A program made the translations under genes and the position numbers. From assembly GCF_009834535.1 (NCBI RefSeq), contig NC_045697.1:23438001-23502000 (forward strand): a stretch of DNA of 64,000 nucleotides, in the 5' to 3' direction. The notes under the pieces were generated by a model. It saw only the letters and a program-made list of their open reading frames with translations, did no database searches and had not been told where the DNA came from. The DNA comes from Camelus ferus. Lineage: Eukaryota. Shown here piece by piece: positions 51,201-63,935 of this stretch (position 1 is the stretch's first letter; each line of letters begins with the position of its first letter).

Positions 51201-53081
51201 ATCTGTGTCTTCACTAAGTTGTCAGGTTGTGACATGTGAAATTATCTGGGTGAATTATTTCTCGGAGATCAAGAAAAGATTCTCACTGAAATTATGCAGA
51301 TGACTATTTCTTTGGACCAGATCAAGCAGAAATCAGTGGGACTTTGATTTTAATTTTACTGACAGAGTTTGAACATGCAGCTTCATCTCCTTAAAAATAG
51401 AATGTATTCTGAACACCCAAAATATAATTATTACCTAAAGTATATTATACTGACACATAATATAGTAATACATATATAGTGGATAATATATATGTAAATA
51501 TAATGAACTATTATACATTAAATATCATTTTAGGAGCATATAATATGTTAAAGGTACCTTAATTGTGGAGTTGATGGTTTTAGATAAAATGACAGCATTT
51601 ACACTTTAAAAAAAAATCTTGTTGAAGATAGGTATTTTGCCTCTATGTATCTCTTAGTTTGCATCACACCTGTTTTTAGCACCTGGCATCAGTTTCTTTG
51701 TAAAATATAACTACCTATCATTTTTAAACAAGCAAAAAGAAATGATTTATTAAGGATGACGAAACTGTATACTGTATCTAGATTCATCATAAAATTATAG
51801 GTATGTCAATACAAATTTGGTGTTGTGAGCTGAAATGTTTAAATGCCATAGCTATTTTCTTGATGTTAAAACAGAGTAACTATCCAAGTGTGGTGATATT
51901 TTCAGTTAATGTTTCTGCAGAGATAATTTCAGGCTTATCAAATTATGACAAAGTTTTAATCATATGTTAGGTCACAAAGAACTAATCTAAATCTTTCCTC
52001 AAGGAATTTTGTTGAAGTCAGTTTGAATGTGAACTAATGTGCAGAAGTGAGCTTGTCTATCTAGGTCATTTATCTATCACCATTTTTTCTTCAGTTCACC
52101 AAGATCCTCTCTATCCTCACTGGTAGTTGACAGATGTGTGGCTTATATGCAAATATAATGTGCAAGATAATTCATTTAATCAAACCAATTAGCCACTTCT
52201 TTCATGAGACACATGTTGATTTCCAATCTAAACATATAGCTTTTTGCGTTCTCATTGAATTGCATAGTGAAAATGCAAAATTTTTTTCTGGTTGGTTGTT
52301 TCCAATGGAATTCATCATAGAAGTAAAGAGTTTAAAAAGCACTCGATTCATTTGAGATCCAATTTGATCTTAAAATATTGATTTAAAGGACACATTTTGA
52401 ATATTGGTTTTATGTTGGATGGCTAGAAAATAGCAGACAGGTAAACTGGACCCAGTCCTGTGAAAGCTCTCTGTGGACAGGATCTGTCCCATTATCAAGT
52501 AGCAGATATTTAACTAATTAGTGCTGAATCGAAGAACTAGTTAAATTGAAATTTAATGCAATTTTAAAAGATGTCTATGTAGTGACAAAGATCCTGATTA
52601 TTCAGAGGAATACTGTAAAACTCAGTTAATCTATCAGAAATTCTTATTACTTGGGTAAAAATACATGTTTCTGGAAATAGCTGTTTATTTTACTGAATTT
52701 TTCAGTTGGGATTTAAATGTTTAATATCATGTGGCTTTACTGGCATAAAAGAGTAATTAGGCATTACAGTTTTACATAACATGAGGCTCTGGAATTAAAA
52801 AGAATAGATAAAAATCAATGATCATTTCTGTTGGGGTGATTTGGTAATGACTGGAAATTTTAGTTATATCTTCCACTCCAGAGAGTATCATTGGGAGCTG
52901 TAATAATTTCCTAAAGGCAAAATATTATGAGAGGGGTGTTCAACTCGGATTCTAATTCTAGTCAGAGTTCTACCATCAACAACATGCCAGAGACGGGTAA
53001 GTGAATAGACTTTTCTTTGCCTCTTTCATCATTTTTACTCGAACTTTGTGTTGTATGAATTCTCAAATAATGTAATGGACG

Positions 53082-53260
53082 TCAGTGTTTCCAAAAGTTT
53101 TATTACATTAATGTATGTCCTGAGAGATGCTCTACAAAAAATGTGTTTGTCCTGAATGAATTTAGGAGACCCATGTGCTATGCCACTTGAAGATTTTCAT
53201 ACACATTAGCATATCAAGGGCTCACTGAAGTCATTCAATACATTGTTGAAATCCACTTGG
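53082..53260. mobile_element. hAT-Charlie fragment (MER103-like)
   Basis: CAGTGTTTCCAAAA terminus; CCTGAGAGATGCTC and CACATTAGCATATCAAGGGCTC motifs. Confidence 0.6.
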
Positions 53261-53609
53261 TAAGTTCTGATGTAGGTAAAATACACAAAGCTTTTGGTCA
53301 ATATTAACTTATGATATTTATTAAGAAATCATTAGTATTCTAATCTTTTAAAGTAGATGTCCCATAAAGAGCTACCAACTTCAAGTTAGACAGTAAAGTA
53401 CCACCTTGAGGCTATGTCTTAAATAAAGCCTCCAATGGGGAGTAACACTTGACTTATCTGAATTGCACCTGAACAGCTCGGAGACTTCCCATATTTAAGC
53501 AACTGTAACAGCTTGCAGACCTCCTGCATAAAATAAAATAAAATATCCAGAGTGCCGTAAAAAAGCGAAATGCTGTTAAGTCTGTGAACTTCTTCCTATT
53601 TCTGTTTTA

Positions 53610-54480
53610 TTTATACTGTTTATAAAAGTAAATTACTTGTTTGAAGTACTACTCTTGAAGCAACCTGGATCTCTATGGAGAAGTACTCCTGTGAATCCTC
53701 TTTTATTGGTAGTGGTTGATCTTTGGCTCCTGGATGAGATCTGCAAGGTTAAAAGCTTTGCTTTCTAAGGGGAGAGTCAATCTGATTTAAGAATAGAGAG
53801 AGACCTTCTAGTAGGAATCAAACCTGATGGAAATTACCTCTTTTAAAGCTGACTCCAAATAATACACCCAGGGCAGCTGAATTTCTGTAAATGGCTGGAA
53901 AATGTTGTCCTTTATGTTTCAGCTCCAAAGAACAATTACGAAGATAACATCTAACAGGAGTTTGGAACCATTCTGCCATTAAAAAAGAAAGTTTACTTCT
54001 TTTCTTTCTCCTCACTGCCTCCCCCAACCCCCTCCCTTTCAGTTTTGGTTAAGAAATAAAAATGCTGTTTATTCTGTTAAGTTTTATTAATTCAGGAAAG
54101 TAATTAATTTAAAATTTAGGAATAATTTTGCTGTATCCGTTTCTCTTATATGTGAATAGATAACATATTTTCTAATCATCATTTTAGTTGGGTCATCAGA
54201 AACAAAAATGACATATTTTCTCCTAGTTAACGTAACTGATTTTTATGCCTTTAGTAATTCTGAAACAGTAACAACAGTAGTTTTTAGCCTTGTTGGAAGA
54301 TCCTTTTGAGAACTGGATATAAGCTATGATTATTTCTTCCAGGGGGAGAAGGTACACTTGAAATCCAATTTGATGAGTTACCAAGCCCTCAGATAAAGAA
54401 ATGAGGATTGGGAGGGTGGAGAGAGGGAGCAGCACTAACTTAATTCACTCTAATCTCTCTTTTACTGATAGAAGATGGAT

Positions 54481-54555
<75 letters not shown>

Positions 54556-55058
54556 TAGATAATCCATGCACACATACATACATGCCCTCCACATTCACAA
54601 TTTTTTCCTAATTAACATTTACTATGCTAATTATAAACACAGCAGTAAGATGTCCCAGGCCACCTGAGTGATCAAGTTTAAATAACAGAATTCAATCATC
54701 AGTGTAAGTGGGTCTTGTGAAATTAATAATTCTAACGGCAAAATTCTCTTCCATCTGACCAAATTTCTTAAGTGTTTTTATTTATGTGTGTATATCATGT
54801 ATGCATATCCTGTTTTATTCCACAAAGATTCAATGCTATTAGAGAAAAAAAAAATACATCTTGAAAATTTTTAAATGCACAAATTCTCAGATATTTCAAG
54901 AAAAAAATATTTACCAGTTATATCTTTGCAAATTTGTACTGTGTATAATGGGAAATTATTTGTTGAAGTACTACCTCTACAAGCAGTCTGATTCTCTCTG
55001 GGAAGTACTCTTGTTAGTTCTCTTTTATTGAAAGTAGTTAAACTTTAGCTGGAAGGAT
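53610..55058 (+). repeat. Diverged ~125-bp direct duplication (53610-53735 and 54933-55058)
   Basis: Colinear shared blocks: TACTGT.TATAA, AAATTA.TTGTT, TTGAAGTACTAC, GAAGTACTC.TGT, CTCTTTTATTG, AGT.GTT.A.CTTT.GCT. Confidence 0.85.
54474..54561 (+). repeat. Compound (GATA)n(GACA)n microsatellite
   Basis: Read directly. Confidence 0.97.
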
Positions 55059-56379
55059 CTCAATTAGAGGTGACCTTAGAAATAGAGGCAAGTGTAAGTC
55101 ACATTGGGAACAAGAAGGAAGGGGTAGTATTATAGATTCTTATCAGTCAGATGTTTTGCATAGCTAAGCATCACCCTCAAATGTTATCTGTGTGAATAAC
55201 ACACATACATGGGTTAGGCCACCTTACACTCTCCCTGCTTCTGTGTTTACAGGCTTTTTCTTATTACTTGCCTTCTTTTTCCAACTCTGAATTTCCACCT
55301 AATCAAATTCTAATTTTTTCTGATCTCAGCTCAGTTTGGAACACTCAGTGAAGACTTTCCCTACCAACTCAAAACTCAGCTCATATTTTTCAACTTCTTT
55401 TCTATATTGTCAAATAACAGTTTGAAAATGTATTTCTTTACACCTAAGGACATGTTTTAACATATTTTAAAATAATGTTTCTGAGTGTAAACCTTGTTTA
55501 TTCAATGGTACTCTAATAATTAATAGAAATTATGAGCAACATTTGCTTTATAACAATAACTTTGGAAAAAAGTAAGGGGTTCAAGTCTGATCCTAGGACT
55601 CAGCTACTGCTACCAACTATGAAAACCTATGAAATCAAATTCTTATTTCTAGTATCTGTAGTGAGGATCCAATTGGGAAAAAAATAAATGAACTAATTTT
55701 TCATTTAAACAATAAATTTCTATTTAAATTTTTATATTCAATATAAACTCAAGTACCAATTGTATGTCCCAATACAAAGTCTTGACTGGAATTTGACCTA
55801 TGCTCTAGAGGTATATTCTTCATAAACTGTTTTGTCTTTAATGTTATTGAAAGGTATATCAAAATACCTTACATTTTAAAAAAAGATATAGGTATTTTTG
55901 AGAAATGCAAAATGTGAATTCAATGTATTATAAAGCAAAAATGAAAGGAATAATAAGTTAGGTGTAGGTATCTCTATAAAAATTATCATTCTTTAGAGAA
56001 AAGCTCAAATACTAGAACTTACTTGAAGAAAAAATAATGGATGATGTATTGAAAAGGAGGTGTAGAATACAGGGTTTCAGAGATCTATTCAAGTAACTTT
56101 GGTGAAACATTTATCTTTAAATAATGATTTGGAGAAATCTTCTGTGATAAATGACTTGTCTGGCCTCCTATACATGATTGATATAAAGATTCCTATTGTT
56201 TACAAACTCAATGTCTCAGGTAAAACATATAAACTTTATCACAACCTCCAAAAATTAAAAATAAGTAAAAATATTTCTCAGAATAAGTACAAATACGTAT
56301 TTCTTATTAAGGTGAGTTACAGTCAGCTCTTTCAGAGGTGGCAGAGACAATGAGTAATAACCTTCTACCAGAGCTACCG

Positions 56380-57240
56380 TATTTCTAGAAATCATCTCCT
56401 TTCAACTCCCCCTACATGGTGCCAAAGAGTTATGTTTGTTCAATTAAAGTTATTTCCTAAACAAATCTGACCATATTTACCTGCTTCACCCACGTCCTGA
56501 TCACTATCCACAGATATTTTAAGAGTGTTCCCACCACAATTTCACTTTCTTTCTGACTCCATTCCCTCTCACCTTCTCCAGAACCTCCTCCTTCAGATAT
56601 ATCTTTTCTCTTACCTTTCCCAGAGCTACTTTCCATTTTTTATTTATTTCCTTTCAATCTAAACACATGCTTGTTTCACCTATTAAAAAGAAAGAAAAAA
56701 AAATCTACTCTTGATTGTCCTTTAGCAGTAGCTACTATATGTTTTTTTTTTTCTCTTCAGTATTAGACTTCTTGAAATAGCAGTATTTATACTATACAGG
56801 GTTTTCTCCTTCCTTCCTTCCTCCCTTCCTCCCTCTTTCTTTCTTTCTTTCTTTCTTTCTTTCCCTTCTTTTTTTCTTTCTTTCTTTTTCTTTTTCTTTC
56901 TTTCTTTCTCTTTCTTTCTTGTATTCACTACCCCTGTGAAATATGGCTTACACTTATCGTTATACTTAGTTATAAAATATTGAGAATCACATCATAATTG
57001 CAAATTTAATACACACTCTCATCTGACATTACCTTTTAAACAATTAATCAATTAGGCCAGTCTCTTAGTCTTAAAACTCTTTTGACTTGGGCATCATAGG
57101 TCTTCCACTCCTTCAATTTTTCTACTTTGCAGTCCCTATCTAATATTACTATTCCCAAATACTCTCATTTTAATTCTGTGGTCTTATCCCTAAGTGGCTA
57201 TGTATTCTTATATTGATTTGTCTTAGTTTAATCATACAAT
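56380..57240 (+). mobile_element. Decayed L2 body fragments
   Basis: Pyrimidine-rich L2-like motifs (ACTTCTTGAAATAGCAGTATTTATACT; CTTAAAACTCTTTTGACTTGGGCATCATAG). Confidence 0.55.
56802..56920. repeat. (CCTT)n/(CTTT)n polypyrimidine tract
   Basis: Read directly. Confidence 0.95.
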
Positions 57241-57252
57241 TTACCTATTAAG

Positions 57253-57467
57253 TTTTTTTTCTCTATTTTTTAATTGAAGTATAGTTTACTTATAATACAT
57301 TAGTTTCAGGTATACAACATAGTGTTTCAATATTTTTATACAATGGTCTCTCTGTTCTGTTTTTTGGCCAGGATCATACTGTTTTGATTACCATAGCTTT
57401 GTAGTATAGTTTGAATTCAGGGAGTGTGATACTTCCAGCTTTGTTCTTTCTCAAAATTGCTTTGGCA
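57253..57467 (-). mobile_element. L1 fragment: ORF2 piece fused directly to the extreme 3' tail
   Basis: 57253-57341 = L1 terminus (TTAATTGAAGTATAGTT...TTAGTTTCAGGTATACAACATAGTG); 57342-57467 = ORF2 motif TACTGTTTTGATTAC.ATAGCTTTGTAGTATAGTTTGAA.TCAGGGAGTGTGAT. Confidence 0.85.
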
Positions 57468-58649
57468 AATAAGTGTATCTCTCTAGTACTTTTATTTCCA
57501 TAACCTAGTCCTTTCTACATTCTCATTGGTTATTTTTTCTAAAATGCATTTACTTATTTCAGTCACCTACAAAAACCTCTGTGACTTAATAGGGTTTAGT
57601 TTATTAAACAACTTATTAGAGTGATGAATGTATTATTATATTGGTGTTAGATTTTCATTGTTTTTTTAATCCAGAAATTTTAACAAATATTTCTCTTTAA
57701 AGTTAATTAAAAATATAATATCTTCATGGATATTTTCTTGATTTAATAGGGATAAGAATTGGATTTTTTTAATTTGGTATTTAATATGAATTTAACTGTT
57801 TATGGATGTAAGCTTAAAATATGAGATAGCACAATTGTTGAGTGTATTGTACATTATATCTGGTTAAACCATAAGAGGTTATTTGTTAATGATAATTGCA
57901 GAGAAGTTGATAATAATCATGGTAAATCACTGATGAAGTCATGTTCTTGTCTCTCTATAATAGCATCAGTTAACATTAAGTAAAAATTAAGTAACATTTA
58001 AATTATTTAGCATTTAATAAATGAACTTTCATAATACTTACATATTCTTAATTATTTTCAGAGAATGTTATTATAATTTTGGTGATGTATAGGAAATAAG
58101 ATATTTATTTCAATTTAAAATTCTCAATTACATCAGTAGTGGCAAGAATGACTTTCTTTAGAGCACAACATTCATTGCCTTTGCCTGAATCTTCACCTGC
58201 ATATGCCCCATCTTACAGATCTTCATTTTATCCCCTGAAATGTGTAATGAGAAGGTGATTCACCCTTAATGAAATGGCAGGAAGTGTATACCAGAAAGTA
58301 TTATGAAGAAAAAAAGTGTCATTTCAAGTGACTAACAGTAGGGAACTTCTAACTCTCAGGTAAATCAGAAAATATGCAAATAGCCTCTTTAAATCCTTTT
58401 CTTGTAAAATGGATAGTAAATGTCAGTATAACCTTGTACTTGGAGAAAAAATGATACAGGGATAAAGTGTTCAGTTGTAGGGCAAACTCATTTTGAAACA
58501 TTTCAGAGTACATCAGCATGGTGGCTTAAAAAATACCAGTTGATACTTAGCTCTGAATGAATCATTGAGTACATTAATAACAGGGGGACAAAATAATATA
58601 CAGGCTTAAATGTGATTATATGTTTTTCTTTTTGCAAATAAGAGTTAAA

Positions 58650-58850
58650 TTGTTGAGGAGTGGAAGTAAACTTTGGAGTCAGACAAATATGGTTTGCAAC
58701 CCTATTTCTACTTTTCATTAGTCATGTTATTATGAGTTAAATATTTCAACTCAGAGACTCAGTTTAACTAGAAAATATGCATAATAACACCTACCTTTCA
58801 GAACTATATGAGAATTAGATGTTATATATGCAAAATATGTGCATGTAGAT
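58650..58850 (+). mobile_element. MIR SINE
   Basis: CTTTGGAGTCAGACA...GACTCAGTTT...ATAATAACACCTACCT...TGAGAATTAGATG. Confidence 0.8.
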
Positions 58851-61304
58851 CCTCTAAAACTTTTTATTATTTAGTTCACAGTAATTTCAAAAATATTTGC
58901 TAGTAAAAATACATTTTAAAGAATAATATAAGAGTAACACAAACTTGACAAAGGCAGGGGTCACTATTTGAAAGCACAAAGGTATATGTACATTGAGCAT
59001 GTGTGGTTAAATAACATTCTTGCCTTAGGGTATTAGGAAAAACCATCCATACTGCTAGCATTTATCTTGAAACAGATTGCATATTGCGATGTAACTGACT
59101 GTTTAAGGAACTATGAAATGCCTGTTCAATCTATCCATAGCTACTTGGCATGAAACAAGAAGGTTTTAACAGGAAAAAAGTACTTCACAAAGGAAATTCA
59201 CATTGTTTATAATATTCTTACAAAATTGGATTAAACTCTAATACAGACTTTGTAGCAGGTTTAAGGAATACATCATTTCATGGACTAGCATAGTGGGGAA
59301 TCTAAGAATACTATAAACCCAGGCTAGCAAAGCAATCTTGTCAGATACCTGTGGGGTCCTTCTGTGCCCCCACCATACCCATCCACAGTATAAATTATGA
59401 ATATAGGAACTGAAGAATTCTAGTGGCCAGTAAAATCTAAGATGACCTTACTGAATATATTCATCCACATTCTTTTATGTCATGGTCAGTTAGGGATAAA
59501 ATATAACACACAGGATTCACATGCTCTAGTCAAGAAGTCAAAATGTGCAGACTTGAAAAGGCTGATTTTGAGTGCTAAGGGTAAATGCAAGCTTGTTTTG
59601 CATGTGTGTGGGTGCAGGTGGTGTGGTAGGAGACTCTGATATTACATATAAGTAAAGGAAATTAAAGAGATCCTTTAAAGTCCTCCTCAGACTGTGATGT
59701 GCTTTGGGAAGTGGGATCCAGTATCCAGGATACTGGACGTTACTAGAAGATCAGAAGAAAAAAGGTGAGGTTGGGGGAGTGTTGGGTAAGCAGACTGGGT
59801 GGTAGATAATTAAAGGAAGGAGCTCTGGCTTCAGTGAGAGAGAAATGTACTTAAAAACAAACATATAACTGAAGAATTCAAGGCTAGGAAGAGAATGAAA
59901 ACTATAAAACGATATGGGGGGAGTGACTTCTTAAAATTCCTGGAGAACAAGCAACATCTGCTAAATTATCTAACAATCATACTACTTATTCAAGGAAATA
60001 GTTTCCTGTGCTTATAGCCATGTAAAAGATACCTTAATACTACTTGTTTAGGCAAAGAGAAATATGCATCTTATGAATAAAGCATAATTATTGGTATATG
60101 AGTTTGAATTCACAGGTGCTGAAGAACTAACTTGAAGACGGAAAAAAAAGTGCCTATGTCTAATCTTTCACTGTATCAATATAGGGCTTCTAGATTAATT
60201 TTGTACTTGAATGACCCAGTAAATTGTGACTCAGAATGAAATTATAAGAGCTTGGCAAATTGTGGCTCAGAAAGAAAGAAAGAAAAAAGAAAGAAATGTT
60301 GTTCATAGCATTGGCAAATTATAAGAGATTAATAGCTCAGTGCAACTTAGAATAAATTAACCGAAATTGTAGCAGAAAGCTAATGTAAACTTCAATAATT
60401 TTGAAAAAAGTCTTTATCTTTGCCCTTAATTCATTATGTGGGGATCAATAAACTTATCTATAGTTTAGTGTATTATTATGAACTGCCACAGATGAAGAAT
60501 AATGCAACATCCACACAAAGGAATTACATTTGGATTGCTAAAGTATTTTCTATGTTGACTTTTTCTATGTTGACTTGGAGTGCAGTCACCATGGAATGCA
60601 AAAACGAAGATATAAAATATATCACATAAGAGAAATTTGGACTTTTGCACTCAAAAGCAATTGAGCTTTACAATTTTGCTTGTGGATTTAGCTATGAAAA
60701 GTTATATAGCAAATCATTTAAATTGGTTTTAATCTATTTGGGCAATATTGTGACCACATGGGTTGTGATCCTAATGTGAAATTGGCGTAGGTAAATTTAT
60801 GGTTGAATAAATATTCTAGAGCTGGAATTTTTGAGGCTGTGGATCATCACACTGCTGAAGAAATGGAGCATGCACTGTGGTATCTGTCATATGAAAGTTG
60901 TTCACTGGGACACAGATTTGTACTCTAATTTCTGACCTAACAGTTGACACTGTGGTCACATTAACAAAGTATTTGGATATAATTGCATTCTGGATTGCTT
61001 TTTGCATGTTTTATAGTTAATTGAAATAGTGCTTGTGTGATTGTTAAAGATGATCGATTTTTCTTGTTATTCAAGAAATAGTAATGGAAATAGTATGTTG
61101 TATGTGATGGCATGTGGTATGTCATATGAAAGAGAAGTGAGGCTGGAAGCTAGGACAATAAAGGAAAAGTAAAGAGAGAGATCATCAAAGAGGTAGACGA
61201 TAAAAGTTGTATAAAGTGGGGGGAGGATAATCTTAGACTTTAGAAAACTGGTAGCATAAAGTAGAAAACAGTAAGCAGTGCATTAGAATGTTCCATATGG
61301 CAGT

Positions 61305-61695
61305 AAAATGGTAGCAACTATGTTCAAAATTGCCTAATGTCTTAGATACTGTGTCACTCATATGATGGTCCTAAACAGACCATCGTTGCCCGCAAGTGGT
61401 TCTCCTCTATGTGGTAATGCATGGACAACAGATATTTTCATCCTGAATAAAAATCATCCTTTAGAGCTTTGTTACTATCAGTATCCAGACTATAGAAGGG
61501 AAAATAATGTGCGAAGGAGTGGCATCTGCTTCTTAAATACCTTCTCCAGGAAAAAGCACACCACTGTCCTCAGATTCCAGTGGCAGAATCTGGTGTGTGA
61601 TCACACCTAACTGCAAGAGAGGCTGGACATGTGACTGAAAGCTCCAGGAGACAACTGGATGGATTATTGGTGAAAGTCAAGCACTTTAAGCTGCA
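61305..61695 (-). mobile_element. Old MLT1 MaLR LTR
   Basis: CAGATTCCAGTGGCAGAA...TGTGATCACACCTAACTGCAAGAGAGGCTGG. Confidence 0.7.
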
Positions 61696-62629
61696 GTGAC
61701 ATAAAAAGTGCACATGTCTTGCAGATATTACAAGGGTAAAACTGTTGATGAAGATGAGGCATACCTCTACAAATGCAGAACATCTTTCTGATATGAATTT
61801 GACAATTTAAGAAATAACACAGATTAGAAACAAGATTGGATTTGGTGTCTGACTACCTAAGTTCATATCCAGACTGCTTAAATCATTGTTCACTTTTATA
61901 GGTCTCAGTGCATGAATGTAACAGAAAAGTTTTTCATATCTGACAGTTGTTTTCCATATCAAAACATTCATAAATGCCAGTGCTTGTTTTTCTTTAAACA
62001 AAAGACTGATATATAATGGGAAAGTCTTAATGAAACTGAGATTAGTTTAAAAAGGAAAAAGAAAAAAAGGATTCTTCCTGTCCCTGGAACACCAGTATCT
62101 TCTAAAAAATGGCCCTGAAATAGTCCTGCTTGAAATGGATAAATCTGAATCAGTAAAATTTGCCTTATGGTAACATGTTCTCTGAGTGTCAGACGTTTAA
62201 CCAGTAGCATGTGGAATGATACAGCCTTAAGACCTTCTCTTTGCCTATTTACCCCTGTGCCCATAATTCAGGTCTTTATACTATTCCTCATGAATGAAGC
62301 CCAGGGCCTCCTGGGGAGTAGCAAGTCCTGGATTTGGGACAGGGAAGAGGGTGTGCCTGGGACATCCTAATAATTCTGGAAGGCAATGTTGCTCTAACAC
62401 AATTTTTTTTTTAAAGAAATGAATGAGTAAAATTCAATCTGAGGAAAGAGATTTGAAATGTGGTGAATTAGCAAGGTCTGAAGTGAAAAATAAGGTTCAA
62501 TGATATGTGCATGGAATACAAGATCCATTGAGATCAAACTGAGGTCCATGTCAGTTAGAACTCATGCTAGTATTTTATGTAAAATGAGATGTATCGTAAT
62601 ATAGAAGTTGCATGTGAAAGTATGTCTGT

Positions 62630-63012
62630 GTGTTTAGTATTAAGTAAAGATTGTGAGAACAATGATACTGTCTGTAACAAAACAGGCTCCAGAATATGTG
62701 TGTTCGTAGAAGGTAAGATGAGGGGAGAAGGAGTTTTACTCCATGCAGCCCCTGGGATTTAGGCTGACTGATCACCTTCGATACATGGCTTCCAAGACTG
62801 CCCCAGAGTTCAACTCCATCTCAGTCCATGAGAATGGTAAACAAAGGATGGAAGAGCACACAGGGGAAGCTTTTAGGATACATTCCAAGCAGTGGTAGAC
62901 GTGACTTCTCCCATCCCATTGACTGTAACATCGCAAGGGAGGCTGGAAAATATATAGATTGACTTTGTGACCAGGAAGAGGACATCATTAGCAGCTAACA
63001 ACCTCTGCCACA
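62630..63012 (-). mobile_element. Old MLT1 MaLR LTR
   Basis: GGGATTTAGGCTGA, ACATGGCTTCCAAG, GCAAGGGAGGCTGGAAAATAT; ends CTCTGCCACA. Confidence 0.75.
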
Positions 63013-63769
63013 TAATGACATGTGTAATTGTAATAATGATAATAATAATAAAATATTTATTTGGTTTACACTAGAAAGAAAATTAAATATATGTTATTGC
63101 TAATTATGGTATAAAGACATTGAATAATGATTATTTGTGGATTTGGAAATAACATTTATGGTTATAACTCCACAGAGTTAATGTACCCAATTTATGAGGA
63201 GCATGAGATGTGAGATAGTTTTTCAGGAGAAGAAGGAAAAATTAAAGGCTTATAAAAAATTAAGCTGTATATTTCAGACTATACTGACCCAAGATGAAGC
63301 AATTTCTGAAAGCAAAGTTATATATTTTTTTATCCAACAGACACAGGTTAATTGTAATGAGAGAATTTCAGATTGGAAGTTTACTGGAGAGCAGACATTG
63401 TCTTGATATGGGAAGAATGACGGTACAGGTAGTAGACGGTCGCCAGACTGAAGGGATGTGGATAGCTCATTAAAATGTGAAAGATCCATTTTGCTGAAAA
63501 CTCCACTGATCTTTCATCCTTGTGTTTTTCTGTTATTATTTTATCCTAGAACATGGAAGTTTAGGAAGGAAATACACTTTAAATAAATACCTGCAGTGTC
63601 TACACTTGAACCATGTCTCTCATCATTGCTGTTTTACAGGATTTGGGGGTTTACAGAATGCCTGGGAATGATGCTTAAATATATGCACCTGATCAATCAT
63701 GAAAACATATTCCGAAGTATTCTATTCATTCTTCTTCTTGACATTCTCTGCTCCTCCTTCAGTCTGGCA

Positions 63770-63935
63770 GCATAACCCCTGGATCCCCGTCAACTAACCC
63801 TGTCATAACTTGTTTTTACCTGCACACATTTGTGTTGATTACTGAGTTCTCCTGTATTCCTAATTAGACTGCAATTGCCTTTAAGGAAAGAAACACATTT
63901 CCATGTTAATGGATGGTCCAACTATACAGTAAAAT
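63770..63935 (+). mobile_element. L2 3' fragment
   Basis: ATTAGACTGCAATTGCCTTTAAGGAAAGAAAC motif. Confidence 0.5.

Noticed and set aside
60546..60575. Perfect 15-bp tandem duplication (similar cases at 19247-19290 and ~51103-51125)
   Set aside because: Ordinary slippage duplications; two copies only and no spacers, so not CRISPR-like.
60816..61007. Slightly GC-richer stretch with a short open frame (AGIFEAVDHHTAEEMEHALW...)
   Set aside because: Weak splice signals and no recognisable homology.
771..63489. All ORFs in the six-frame track
   Set aside because: Short (60-134 aa), many start at TTG/GTG, many are low-complexity or lie inside repeats; none resembles a protein I recognise and there is no exon chain.
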